DNA from: Octopus bimaculoides
Taxonomy: Eukaryota
Direction of reading: 5' to 3'
DNA: 64,000 nucleotides
Assembly: GCF_001194135.2 (NCBI RefSeq)
Contig: NC_068987.1
Location: 3,282,166 to 3,346,165 of the forward strand
Position 1 is the stretch's first letter. Each line of letters opens with the position of its first letter. The notes under the pieces are model-generated. The model did no database searches and had not been told where the DNA came from. It saw only the letters and a list, made by a program, of their open reading frames with translations. A program made the position numbers and the translations under genes. This document shows, one piece after another, positions 25,410 through 38,855 of the stretch.

Positions 25410-26132
25410 AATTTTAAAATAGTTGACTATTATGACTTCCTTCGGGGAATCAATAAATTTGCATTGGAAATTGAACACGTAATATATATTTAGTTGCATA
25501 ATTCACTTTATCGACACAAACGATATATTGTATCTGTTGGTTTGTATTATGTTACGACTGCGACACTTCGGCAGCAAGTTCCATCAAAGAACTTCAAAGA
25601 CAAAGCTGGCGTCTAAAGGGAGGTAATCCACAATTTTAACAAAGTTCTAAAATTTCTGTTGAAGAAAAAAACCTTAAAGGCAAAAAATAAAAATAATCTC
25701 GTTTGACTGTTTTTACTTAACTTTGAAAAAATTGGCCACAGTTACAGAAATAAAGAGCAGATTGTATAAGATGAAAATGAAGGTAAAATCGAAATGTTAT
25801 AACTATAGAAAGAGAATTCCTCTAAAGAATATGAACGAAAGAGTCATTCGTTTCGAAAATGCTGGCTCAGTCTTTACAATAATTCTTATTATAAGCGAAA
25901 TCTGTTCGTAACACCAGCATATCACACACTAAATCAGCAGTTAATGGTTCTAATATAATTTGATTTGGTATTTATATCCCAGAAATCAACATTTATGTAC
26001 ATTTGGCAGTTTTTAAGCTTGCTATAGTTTGTATCATTGGTTCAGTGGTTGTTGCAGTAATTAGGGTAATTAATGAACACAGGGCTGATAGTCAATGTGA
26101 TTAATATCACTTGATACCAGCAAATCGTGCTC

Positions 26133-26167
<35 letters not shown>

Positions 26168-27553
26168 TGGCAGCTAAGTTGTAACTGACATCCTGTCAAA
26201 TATTTATTATTAACCACTTCAATTTAGGCTTCTTCATATTAATGACAGTACTCCAGCATGGCCTGAAATGTAAAGGCTTAACCTCTTTAAACAATTACAA
26301 TTTATTGAGCCAATAATGGATCCAGTCGGTCAATGTGTGAGCTAAGAGTAGCAGCCATGTCTCCCTCAAATCACACCTTTGCATCTTCCTTTTTTTTAAA
26401 AAAGGACACATTGTATAATGTATTCCTAGATACACAATACGTTGAATAAAAGACGGATGGTTGCAGCAGGAATGGTTTTGATCATGTGTCTGCTTGATCA
26501 GGATTGACCTGGATTAAACTACAACAGATACAGTTAATATATTCACAGCTATTTCATGGTAGACAGAATATATTTTCAGTTAGTAGAAGCTTTAATTAGT
26601 AATGTTATAAGAACTGCCATAAGCACAAAGATGGTGTTTCAATCATATTCTGACAATTTCACATGCTTAGCAACAACAAAAAAAAACAAAAAAGAAAAAA
26701 AAAACGAATGAAGAGGACAAGCAACTATGAGAAATGGTAACTGACAGCTTCAACAGGATACCAAAGCTGTGCAACTTAAGTCATTGAAGATGATCAAAGT
26801 TTGGCTTTGATGTCATCACATTTGATGATAGTGAAATAATCTTGAAAAATAAAGTCATTTGTGTGCCACAAACAAATATATTTTTATATAATATCTCTTA
26901 ACATTATAACAAAATCATTTAATAAGATCAAACTTCAACTGTATCAAAATTATATATTCCACTAAAGATCAGCTCACAATCTATCATGTTGAGTTAGTTG
27001 TTGTTTATATATGTTACATCATGTCTATATACAAAATAAACTCCTAATTTATCATAATGATTTCCATGCATTCAATTTTAAAATAAAAATTTAACTGAGA
27101 TAAAAGGTTATCATTATGAATAATAAAGTTTAAATACATTTTGAAGAAACAAAGCCGAATAAACCAATAAAAATATAATACAGAAATAACTCATTTCTTC
27201 AAAGACGTTTTTTGGTGGTTTTTCTTTTTAAACAATATTTCCAACAGGGGGGAAAAAAATTGTCTAATCTTTATATATATACTCAGTTGTGAGGAAATAT
27301 ATGAGAGAGTGAATAANNNNNNNNNNNNNNNNNNNNNNNNNNNNNNNNNNNNNNNNNNNNNNNNNNNNNNNNNNNNNNNNNNNNNNNNNNNNNNNNNNNN
27401 NNNNNNNNNNNNNNNNNNNNNNNNNNNNNNNNNNNNNNNNNNNNNNNNNNNNNNNNNNNNNNNNNNNNNNNNNNNNNNNNNNNNNNNNNNNNNNNNNNNN
27501 NNNNNNNNNNNNNNNNNNNNNNNNNNNNNNNNNNNNNNNNNNNNNNNNNNNNN

Positions 27554-27593
<40 letters not shown>

Positions 27594-28526
27594 TTTTCCA
27601 TAAACAAAAATTGTTTGAATGTTTAAGTAGTCATCAAGATTTAGGGAAAATTAGGGGCATTAGAATTTCAGCCCTTTTACAGTGAAGCTGTCATCAAAAA
27701 AAGGTTCTTATAGTTCTTCCGTAACGTAAATCACCAAAACTCTCAGGCACCCAACAAATTACGCTGCTCTAATGCAAGTCTTAGCAAGTTTATTTCAGAG
27801 TAATATAAACGTGTTACGGAAAAATGTTGCATACATACATTTGTACATATGTGCGTATATTATATATACACATATATATAACACTTATATATTTCAAATT
27901 TACATGCATATATATCTTTATCTTCATATGCATATATTAATACATTTTTTTTTCTCCCAATCATTTTAGTTTTTTTTTTTTTCTCATCTTATACGGTATT
28001 TATTCTCACCATGTTTTATAGAATTTTTCTGGTGCAGAATTTATATAACTGGATACACTTCCTGATATCAGGTCTTCAATGATAGACGAGAGATATCTTC
28101 CATTTAGTTGCCAATTGCAACACACTGGTTGGACAACCTTACTATTCTAAACTGGTATCCATATATATATATACAAATGTTTATACATATATGAATATAG
28201 ATATACAGACAGAGACACACATATATGTATATGTTTATATACATAGCAGATCAAAAATAGCATAACGTTCTAGTTTTGCTACCAAAGACAGCTTCCTCAA
28301 CTTGCTTCTCAATCCAGCGTAACTGAATGAGGTAACAAAGTCTATAACAAATCATTCAAATTAATCCAGTAACATCAGTTATTCTGTAAGAGCACAGAAA
28401 ATTTAACATGCCTGAGAGATGCTTTTTAATTACGTTTTCTTGGTTCTTTAGTTGGTGCAATATACATCTGAAATGAAACGAATGCATTTGTGTTAATGTT
28501 AGTAAATAAGGAGGAGGAGGAGGAGG

Positions 28527-28963
28527 NNNNNNNNNNNNNNNNNNNNNNNNNNNNNNNNNNNNNNNNNNNNNNNNNNNNNNNNNNNNNNNNNNNNNNNNNN
28601 NNNNNNNNNNNNNNNNNNNNNNNNNNNNNNNNNNNNNNNNNNNNNNNNNNNNNNNNNNNNNNNNNNNNNNNNNNNNNNNNNNNNNNNNNNNNNNNNNNNN
28701 NNNNNNNNNNNNNNNNNNNNNNNNNNNNNNNNNNNNNNNNNNNNNNNNNNNNNNNNNNNNNNNNNNNNNNNNNNNNNNNNNNNNNNNNNNNNNNNNNNNN
28801 NNNNNNNNNNNNNNNNNNNNNNNNNNNNNNNNNNNNNNNNNNNNNNNNNNNNNNNNNNNNNNNNNNNNNNNNNNNNNNNNNNNNNNNNNNNNNNNNNNNN
28901 NNNNNNNNNNNNNNNNNNNNNNNNNNNNNNNNNNNNNNNNNNNNNNNNNNNNNNNNNNNNNNN
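28527..28963. other. Assembly gap (largest of eight)
   Basis: Run of N. Other gaps: 2538-2550, 7397-7406, 14975-15249, 19135-19355, 27317-27553, 31941-32096, 40770-40779. Confidence 1.
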
Positions 28964-31900
28964 CCTGCAATGTTATTCTAAAAATAAACAGTGATGTCAT
29001 TGAAACCTTGATGCTATGAGATAATCCTTTCTACTACAGGTACAAGGCCTGAAATTTGGGGGAAGAGAGTAAGTCGATTACATCGACCCCGGTAGTCAGC
29101 TAGTACTTATTTTACCAACCCCAAAAGGATGAAATGCAAAGTCAACCTTGGCAGAATTTGAACTCAGAACATAGCTGCAGATGAAATACCACTAAGCCTT
29201 TTTGTCCCAGCGTGCTAATGATTCTTCCAGTTCTCTGCCTTGCTATGAGATAATGCAGGATTAATTCAAAACAGTATGAGTAATTAAGCATTAGATTTGA
29301 CAGATTAGATTTGACAAGCATAAGAGAAATTAATAAGATAGTGTGCCATATTTGATGGCATAAAAGATGCATGGGTCTGTTAGATGGACCTCAATTTCAG
29401 CAGCACATGTGCAGGTAAAAAGATTTTAATGCATTAAAGATTCTGACATTGGACCAACTCAGTATATTATGGAAGGCCCTGGGGTGGTTTTTTGAGACTT
29501 TTTATTGGAAAAAAGGTACATCTTATAAGTCATCAAATAAAGGATGTTAAATGATGTTTTTCGCATGCCTAAAGCCTACCATAGTGCAGCTACTGCCTAT
29601 CCGTGCCAAAACTACTCAGATCAAAATATATGCAATGATGCAGAAATTGTTCTTTAACTATTAATAAATTTATAAAATTGTTTCACTAGTTACATGTCAT
29701 TTCAATACAGTCTTTTTTTTAAAAAAGGATGTGAGAAATATAACAAAGAATATGGGAACCATGGAAATTTTCTCCTTCCCACCTTCCCTTTTGAATTTCT
29801 GTTAGTGAAATAAATTTGCAAATCAAAAGTATTGATTAAGAATTCACAGAACAAGAATATTCATTGATGAGGCAATTATAGTAATAACCAGACACCCTTC
29901 TATGTTCAGTATCAATCATTAGTAAATAAAAGCAGTGTTGAGCTACAATTAAAAGGAGAGATTACCAAAGTACATGGCCTGAGATTGTTTAAACGATAGC
30001 TGTTTCACATTAGTAGTGCAGTCTGTTAATCCTAAAGCAATTTTACATAAACATAAATGTGACACACAGACACACATACACACCAGATTGAATCACATTA
30101 TAATTATGTAAATTGATGTAAGCTTGTATACATCAATTTACATATTATTTGAATATGAAATGTATGAAAACATTTAGTAAGAATTGAATTAAACATTTAC
30201 TGCTGACGAAGCAAAGATACAAACTGTTAAAATTGTAATCACATTTGGAATTTTGAAGAAATGCTTTGAGTGTCACCATAAAAGAAATATACACAGAATA
30301 TATTACATTTAACCATATTAGAGGCACTTAGGGAATCATGCACAAAGATTGAAAACGTTAACAATAACAAAACGGGCTGATATAATCACTGCTTTACACA
30401 AAAGGGGCTTCGACTCAGCAACAGACCCAGATGGCTTCCCTATAATTCTTCTAAAATCAGACAAATAAGCTGTAGCTAAACTACTTCTGTTACTTTTCCA
30501 AAGGTTCTTTGGCCCTGGTATGTTCTGCAAGACAATGACAATAGATATTCTGTCCTCTTGATCAGAGAGGAATCAGGACAAATGCTACAAAACAACAGGC
30601 CTTTTAAACTGAATCACAGCTATGTCTTTAACTCTGTGTGTGTGTGTGTGTGTGTGTGGTGAAGGCACATAGTTATGTGGTTAGAGTATTTGGCTGATGG
30701 TCCTAAAGTCATGAGTTCAATTCCTGGGGGTGCATCATGTCCTTGAGCAAGATACTTTACTTCATGTTGCTCCAGTCCACTCAGCTGGCATGAATGGGTT
30801 GTACCTGTAATTAAAAGGGTTACCCTTGTCATGTTCTGTGTCATGTTGAATCTCCCTGAGAACTACACTAAGGGTACGCGTGTCTGTGGAGTACTCAGCC
30901 ACTTGCGCATTAATTTCACAAGCAAGCTGTTCCATTGATTGGCTCAAACTTGAAACCCTTGTCCCTGTGACCAACTGGGTCCCAGTTTTTATTTATGTTA
31001 CGTATATATGTATGTAACTTCAAATGTGATGAAGAATTTCTGTTTGGATTCCTGAGACGATTGTCGTTATCTAAGCATATCAGACAAAATGGCTCAGAGG
31101 CATCTCCTCCGGCTCTTTACTTTCTGAGTTCAAATTCTGGGATAAACTGTGCTTTTCATTCTGTGAGGGTTGGTAAAGTAAAACACCAGGTAAGCATGTG
31201 GTTGATGCAATCAACTAAGCTCCTCTTCAGAAATTGCTGGCCTTGAGCGAAAATTTGAAAGCACTGATCTATCATGGATGGTGCCCTCATCTGTTAGAAT
31301 TTAATAATAAAGGATTCAAATTTTGGTACAAGGCCAGCAATTTCGGGGGAGGGGCCAAGTCGATTATATTGACCCCAGTGCATGACTGGTACTTATTCTA
31401 TTGACCCTGAAAGAATGAAAGGAAAAGTTGGCCTCAGTGGAATTTGAACTCAGAATATAAAGACAGATGAAATGCTGCATTTGTCTGGTGTGCTAATGGT
31501 TCTGCCAGAAAATAATAATAATGGTAATGACTAATGAGTGTAATCTTCATAATTAAAAAATGTATGGTTATTAATGAAGTGGAGATAGATTGGGAGATGT
31601 AGATACATTAAAGCCTTGCTCAAGGGAAAGAGAACCTTATTTATGTGTGGATTGAGAGGGAATGCATGCAGGGTGAATGCAGGAAATATTTTGACAAAAA
31701 TAAAAAAATATTTATTTCGTTTTTTTTCTTTTTTACATGAGAAGGTGATAAGTGAGAGGCAAGACGAAATTGTTGCTTCTTTTAAAAATAGAAAATGAAA
31801 TTCAAGAAAAATAAATTTCTTTCGTTTTATAAATATAAACTCTAATAAATGAAAATGAAACTGAGACATGAATAAAAAAGCAAAAAATTTCATTAATCAC

Positions 31901-32106
31901 AACAATAATAAGGAATTATTTTAGAGTGATATCTCGTTTTNNNNNNNNNNNNNNNNNNNNNNNNNNNNNNNNNNNNNNNNNNNNNNNNNNNNNNNNNNNN
32001 NNNNNNNNNNNNNNNNNNNNNNNNNNNNNNNNNNNNNNNNNNNNNNNNNNNNNNNNNNNNNNNNNNNNNNNNNNNNNNNNNNNNNNNNNNNNNNNNTATA
32101 TGTATA

Positions 32107-32141
<35 letters not shown>

Positions 32142-32154
32142 ATGTATATGTATG

Positions 32155-32339
32155 TGTGGCACGTAAAAAGCACCCACTACACTCTCGGAATGGTTGGCAT
32201 TAGGAAGGGCATCCAGCTGTAGAAATTCTGCCAGATCAGATTGGAGTCTGGTGAAGCCATCTGGTTCGCCAGTCCCCAGTCAAATCGTCCAACCCATGCT
32301 AGCATGGAAAGTGGACATTAAACGATGATGATGATGATG

Positions 32340-32340
<1 letters not shown>
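32155..32340 (+). mobile_element. RTE LINE 3' tail fragment (representative of about 12 copies)
   Basis: ggttggcattaggaagggcatccagctgtagaaa...ccaacccatgc.agcatggaaa..ggac.ttaaa.gatgatgat. Homologous to the tail at 226-290; also near 8900, 37850, 38650, 42710, 43490, 45010, 48350, 57020(-) and 63890(-). Confidence 0.75.
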
Positions 32341-32379
<39 letters not shown>

Positions 32380-32558
32380 GTACACATATATATTTGAACT
32401 AAGAACCTTATTAAAGTCGATAACATTCAGTCCAGTAGCCAATGAGACAAGTACATTCATCAGAAGTTGAGTGAATATGAGCTTTATTTTTATTAGTTTC
32501 TTGTTCAAATGTGGATCCTCAAGTAGTTTGCCATCCAGTCATATGGAAATGTTATATG

Positions 32559-32746
32559 TACGATGGGGTGCTGAAAAGTTACTGGAGAATCAATTCATTA
32601 TTATTTTAATCAAAATATTCCCCTTTCAGATTCGCACACTTATTGCAGCAGTCCTTCAGTTTTTCAAAGCTCTGTAAAAGAACTTGGAAGGTTGGACATC
32701 TAACTAGGCTTTTGCGATACCTTTAAAGCCAGGAACTTTTCAACAC
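32559..32746. mobile_element. Mariner-type MITE remnant
   Basis: TACGATGGGGTGCTGAAAAGTT start and inverted aacttttcaacac end. Confidence 0.5.
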
Positions 32747-32751
32747 TCAAT

Positions 32752-32790
<39 letters not shown>

Positions 32791-33187
32791 ACTTTAGAAA
32801 GACCTTCAACAATTATGTTGCATCATCTTGGTGTAGTTGAAAGACTTGAAAAGTGACTGAATGACTTGTTTAAGAGTCATAAGAGAAGTTCTTGCAGCCA
32901 ACAGTGGTTATTTGGAAGATTCTTTCATAAAGAATAAAAAGTCAGTAGATTTTGATGGCAAAATGAAATGCAATAAAAACTAATTCCAGTTACTTCACAG
33001 AGATGAAGGAGAACAATTTTTACAGATTCTATCTTATATAAATTTTACAGAATTCAAATTGTTCAATTGAATTCTGAGATGTATTTTAGAGAATAAAGTT
33101 TACATAATAGTTTATACAATTCCATGATTTATTTTTAAATGATATAAAGATGTATTTGAAGATTGTATAATCACAAAATTAACTCAC

Positions 33188-33325
33188 AATTCTGGGTTAC
33201 ATTGGCTAGGAATTTCAAGACGTTTATCAGACATGAGATGGTCGAGCAGTTCTTGCCGACTCATTTCACCATAAGGTACTCCTCCAACAGTAATTATTTC
33301 CCAAAGTAACACACCATAAGACCAT
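33188..33325 (-). CDS. Receptor pseudokinase exon 16 (subdomains IX-X)
   Basis: tttcag|...|gtgagt, phase 2-2: (L)WSYGVLLWEIITVGGVPYGEMSRQELLDHLMSDKRLEIPSQCNPE, a Tie/FGFR-like signature. Confidence 0.93.
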
Positions 33326-34150
33326 CTGAAATTATAAAGCAACAGTTAGTATTATTCTTTGACAACTTTTTACAAGTAAATTATTATCATGAAATATTAT
33401 TGTAGTAAACAGAAAAATAAAGACATTTTAAGAGTAAATTTAATCTAAGTTGGATATAAAAATTTATGTCGTTTTTGATTCTGGACCAAATGACCTGTGA
33501 GATTTATGACATTGCAGTCATGTTTCAGATCTTTGTGATATCTTTGAATGGCTAACAGACTTGGTTATTTATAGTTGAGTTTCATGGACACAGTGTGCAA
33601 CTGGAGACAGAATATGAACCATTGACCATTGGAATACTTGAAGTGAGAGTATTATTATTTTTATTATTATTAGTTTGTCTATTGTTGACAATGACAAAGG
33701 ACATTATTTGGGAGAAGACGAAGGGCCACAGTGTGTCCAGCTGTGGCCAATCAGTCCAATGCTTTCTGAGAAGGCTCTGCCACAGGTCCAGGCACTGGTG
33801 GTCTGTTGGGACTGAAAGCAAGGAGCTGGCTCTGGACTTGCATAGTCCATGTTTTCTTTGTGCCCCTGCAATCCCATTCTGCTCATAAGAGATGGTGCCT
33901 CTATTGCTGCAGCTTCAGTGGTCTTGTGCTTGCATTTCCCAGGTGCCACTGTTGATCTCAAAGCTCTTCAGGGAGGCTTGGAGTAAATGAGAGTAATAAG
34001 CAGTAATCAGTGGGTTCAAAGTTATTGCCTCCTTAAAAAACAGGACACAGTATCATGGGCAACCTTTTCGAGAAGCAGACTGCATGAAACAGGGCTCAAC
34101 ATCAGGCAAGCCACACTACTAAAACAATCAAGTAACTTTCCGTTAGTCAT

Positions 34151-34380
34151 GTCATTCAGAGAGTCATTCAGAGAGTCATTCAGAGAGTCATTCAGTGAGT
34201 CATTCAGTGAGTTATTCAGTGAGTCATTCAGAGAGTCATTCAGTGAGTCGTTCAGTGAGTCGTTCAGAGAGTCATTCAGAGAGTCATTCAGTGAGTCATT
34301 CAGAGAGTCATTCAGTGAGTCGTTCAGTGAGTTGTTCAGAGAGTCATTCAGAGAGTCATTCAGAGAGTCATTCAGAGAGT
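34151..34380. repeat. 12-bp minisatellite (gtcattcagaga / gtcattcagtga), about 19 units
   Basis: Directly visible; lies in the intron between exons 15 and 16. Confidence 0.95.
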
Positions 34381-34478
34381 CCTGCAGGTCAAAGTTGATT
34401 TATGCTAACTCAGTTTATTTAATAATTTTAACATATTAAGAAATTTAGAATTATATACATATTAAAGTTTTAACTTAC

Positions 34479-34543
34479 AAATCACTCATAGTACTTGTCC
34501 AACCTGTTTTCAGTGTTTCAATTGCTTGCCACTTATATTCGTC
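34479..34543 (-). CDS. Receptor pseudokinase exon 15 (subdomain VIII to start of IX)
   Basis: tttcag|...|gtaagt, phase 0-2: DEYKWQAIETLKTGWTSTMSD (compare Tie RWMAIES...SDV). Confidence 0.9.
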
Positions 34544-35011
34544 CTGAAACAAAACAATCAATAAATGAAAAACAATTTCTCCCAGATCAACATTTTGTTT
34601 TTAGGTATAAAAAAAATTTGCGAATTTTCAAAATATTTAATCTGAACTGATAATCCAGTATAAACAAAAGATAATCTCATTAACCTGAAAAGAGAAGGAA
34701 AATGAAGGTGGGGTCCACTGTTTGTATCCTCTCTTATATTCACCAACTTGTTAAACGATGATGATGATCATGATGATGATGATGATGATGATGATGATCC
34801 CTTCATCAGAGACAATGTGAGAAAATGATTAAGCAATAGTTAATTTAGATAAGATACGAAATAGAGAGTAAAGTGGAGGAATGAAAATAGATGTGAGATA
34901 TGCAGGGATATTGCATTTGTAGATCCATTATTTAGGCAGAATGGTATACATATAAGATTCCTATACCATTTTCTTTTTCTTTTTGAATAATTAGGCCATT
35001 TTTTCTGGAAC

Positions 35012-35326
35012 AAAAAGCAAATTTGCACAATTTTCTTATTCCAGTTCAAGCTAGGCCGTAAAGCTGCTGAAACAGCTCGCAATATCAACGATGCATTTGG
35101 CCCAGGAACCACTAATGAACGTACAGCACAATGGTGGTTCAAGAAATTTTGTAGTGGTGACGAGAGTCTTGAAGATGATAAGTGTAGAGGTCGGCCATCA
35201 GATGTTTACAATGATCAACTAAGAGCCTTAGTCGAAGCCAATCCATGCACAACTGTTCGAGAGCTTGCTTCTGAATTAGACGTCATGTATACGACAATTT
35301 CCAATCACTTGAAAGAGATTGGAAAA
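35012..35326 (+). mobile_element. Mariner (Hsmar1/cecropia-like) transposase N-terminal HTH fragment
   Basis: 105 open codons: KKQICTIFLFQFKLGRKAAETARNINDAFGPGTTNERTAQWWFKKFCSGDESLEDD..RGRPS...HLKEIGK. No catalytic domain follows. Confidence 0.9.
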
Positions 35327-35639
35327 AAATATGTGCATCTGAATTTAAAGGTTAAAAACCGTAAGAACTTTCTTGACAACCTAATAGATAAACCAAGGCT
35401 TATATTTTTTTAAGAAAAATAAGAAAATGGAGAAACATCAATTAATAAGTATATTTGTTAACTAAAAAAATAAACATGATCTCTAACAGCTGTTATGATT
35501 CATACTTTAAAGATTATAATTGTATTAATTAAATCATTTTATAAAGCAGAATATCCTCTGAGGCAGAAAAAAAAATTATACCAGTGTATTATTAGTTGTT
35601 AATTACATGGAACATTAACAGCAAATAATATATACATAC

Positions 35640-35738
35640 CTTCATTACGGCTGGTTTTGTGAAACCAAAACCTCCAATTTTGGCACGTAATATCTCATCA
35701 AGGTATATGTTCTGTGCACATAAATTACCATGGATTGT
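35640..35738 (-). CDS. Receptor pseudokinase exon 14 (subdomains VIb-VII)
   Basis: ttccag|...|gtatgt, phase 0-0: TIHGNLCAQNIYLDEILRAKIGGFGFTKPAVMK (HRD to HGN, DFG to GFG). Confidence 0.92.
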
Positions 35739-38109
35739 CTGGAAATGAAAATACTTAGCATGAATATGAAACCCAGAGGAGAGTAACATCACAAACAGAC
35801 ACGGAAATGACAGTGCTCAATAGCTGTAGTTACTGAGTCAGTTGGGAAGATGTGAACAAGATCTCAAACCTCTGGCATGCTGTAATGAGTCTGGGACATT
35901 TACCCCCTAGGGACAATAACCCACCAAGGACAATTACCCCCGAGGACAACAGATGATGATTTAAAACTTCTTAATATATTGGAGAGGGGGTAATTAACCA
36001 AGGGGGATAGTTGTTGTTGGGGGTAGTTGTTGTTGGGGGTAATTGTCCTGATATGGTTGTAATATCTCTCGTAAGATCCTAAACTGCTGAGATACTGATG
36101 CAAGGCAATCAATAGTTTTGATTTTGCGGTCCATCATCAAAGAATCCCACCCACCCAAAACCATGGTCATGCTATTGTTTCTTGCTAATTTTCAAATACT
36201 TTACATAAGATACAAACTTGTTACCAGTTCAAAATATGCTTGAGACATATTTGAACCATCCACAAAATAGCCATCCACTGTATTTTGTCACAGATAACAT
36301 TTCTCAACATAGACAAATAGGAGTAAAAACACTGGGTCAGTTCACAGTGCTTGCAACCCCTGTATTTTACACAAGATACACGTCCGGGCTTATAAACATG
36401 GTCTCTAGATGGTTCTTACCAGTAACTGTCTATGCTTAGAGGCATTTGTTCAAGAAGTCCACAGAGAAAACTTGGGCTAACATTGATTTGTATTATGAAA
36501 GCGGCAAGAATTGATCTGAATATAATTACAACTAGTTCAATAGCAACATGCTGTCTCTTGTGTTGGATGTAAAATATATTGACAAAATGGTTCTTCATCA
36601 TAATTACTCTGCTGTCGATTATTTACAGCATAACCTTTGTCACACATTGTTATAGGGACAGACTGTGCACTGCACTATGGCAAGGTACCCAGCAGCATCT
36701 ACTGAAATATTAAAAAAGCCTTGGAATCTCTCCTTAACCCTTTCCTGTTTAGACTGGCCAAAATTTTCTACCAGTTTTATGTTCAAACTAGCTAGATCCA
36801 ATGTTTCACACCTACCCTACAATGTCATTCTAAAACTAGACTTACATAATTTATTGTATAGTGAAATTGTACACCCTCCCAGTAAAAATTGGTAGTAGTC
36901 AGCCATTATAAATAAACCAGTAGCCAGTTGTCAAGAGAAGGTTGAGAAGGTCGAGAGTATGTGTGGACTGTGTTGATAGTTGTGTCTGTGCTGATATAGT
37001 AATCATACTGTGATATTGAATGGACGTTATAAACGATCCAACCTTTTGAGGATAATAACACTGTAGGACTGGGGGTCATACAGTGCCAGATAAAAACATT
37101 CTATTGACGACTTTAGAATATAACAATCTCTGTCAGAGCGACAACCATCGTCAAAAGACAGATACAAAAGTGGCAAAAAGAGCTCTTTACAACATAATTG
37201 AAATCTTGAAGCTACGAGATGATGCACAATTAATTTAAAACAATGTGGATAAATAAACATTATATTTGACATAGTAACTGGAATGTGAAAGGGTTAACGC
37301 TACACCAATACTCGTCAATAATTGGTCGTTATTAATGACTGATGTACCATTTAAACCTAGCTATTAGGTACGGTATTATTGCTCACTATGAAGACAGTCA
37401 ATGGCTGCAGCTTTCAGCTCTCAATAAACTTCTTAATTATATTTCTCTGTAGAAACTATCCATATCAATTATCTCAAAGATAATAGATTACCAATCCTAA
37501 TATCTTATGATATTTTTGGAGAATTCTGTGGTGGTTATTTTACTGCTAGAAAATTACATTTTCTCATTCAACAATGCAGAAACAAGCTACACATTTTCAG
37601 TAATCAAAAGAAGAACCATTCTATTTTTTTTTTTTTATATATGAATTAGAGTGATTACTGAGATGGCAATATTGACTGGGTCGTATCTCCCTGGAGCAAA
37701 TCAGTTTTGTCAAATTCCATTAGTTCTAGAAGTTTAGATATTGAAAAGTAGAGAAAAAACAAACAGTAATAACAAAAGAAAGAAGACAATAAAAATATAT
37801 GCATTTGTGGTAGTATTTTAACAAAACCAAGGTACCTAAAACCTATTTTGAAGTGGTGGGCATTAGGAAGGGCATCTAGCTGAAGAAACCACAGCGAAAC
37901 AGACATTGGAACTTGGAGCAGTCCTTTGACTTGCCAACTCCTGTCAAACCATCCAACCCATGCCAGCATAGAAAACGGGCATTAAATGACAACACATAAT
38001 GATGATGATGATAATGATGATGATAATGATGATATCTATAATATTTCAAACTAACTAAAGAACATGTTAGTATAAAAAAATAGGTGCAAACAATAAATTT
38101 ATTAAATAC

Positions 38110-38282
38110 CTGATGATTAGAAAGATATAGCAAGCCACAGGCAATTTCAGCGGCAATATATAGCAATTTCACTTGGAAGAAAACCAAAACGTTGGGTTCT
38201 TTGTCTGTTCCTTTACGCATCTTTAACAAGTAAGATCTTAAATCTCCACTTTCAGCATAATCCAGGGCAATGTAATGCCGGT
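38110..38282 (-). CDS. Receptor pseudokinase exon 13 (subdomains V-VIa)
   Basis: catcag|...|gtattt, phase 1-0: (D)RHYIALDYAESGDLRSYLLKMRKGTDKEPNVLVFFQVKLLYIAAEIACGLLYLSNHQ. Confidence 0.92.
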
Positions 38283-38800
38283 CTGATGAATATTAGGAAT
38301 GGTAAAATGCATAAACAAGTCATGAATTTTAAACAGTAACAATAGATAATGAATAAAAGTGATTACATGTAAAATAAACATCATACTTGTATCATAAAAG
38401 AAAACTTTTCCATATCTACTTTTATTATTATTATCACCATTATTATTATTATCTATTATTATTATTATTATTGTTATCATCATCATCATGATAGCACGTA
38501 GAAAGCACCATTGGTGTGTGGCCCATGCCAGTGGTGCCTGACTGGCACCCGTGCCGGTGGCATGTAAAAAGCACCATTGGAGTGTGACCGATGCCAGTAC
38601 CACCTGACTGGCACCCGTGCCATATATTCATCACGTAAAAAGCACCCCCTATACTCTTGGAGTGGTTGGCATTAGGAAGGGCATCCATCTGTAGAAACCT
38701 TGCCAAATCAGATTCAAGCTTGGTGCAGCTTCCTGCTTGCCGTCCAACACATGCCAGCATGGAAAGCGGACGTTAAACGACGACGACAATGATGATGATG

Positions 38801-38849
<49 letters not shown>

Positions 38850-38855
<6 letters not shown>

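Noticed and set aside
30106-30143. 15-bp AT-rich hairpin as miRNA or terminator
   Set aside because: Too short for a pre-miRNA, and low complexity.
30476-30584. Phase-2 candidate for the last kinase exon (ICPDSS...YLLSLSCRTYQGQRTFGKVTEVV*)
   Set aside because: Phase fits, but it lacks the CW and RP residues; the resemblance is too weak to call.
33987-34439. 150-aa SFRE/SFSE ORF on the plus strand
   Set aside because: Openness is explained by the 12-bp periodicity; it is antisense within an intron.
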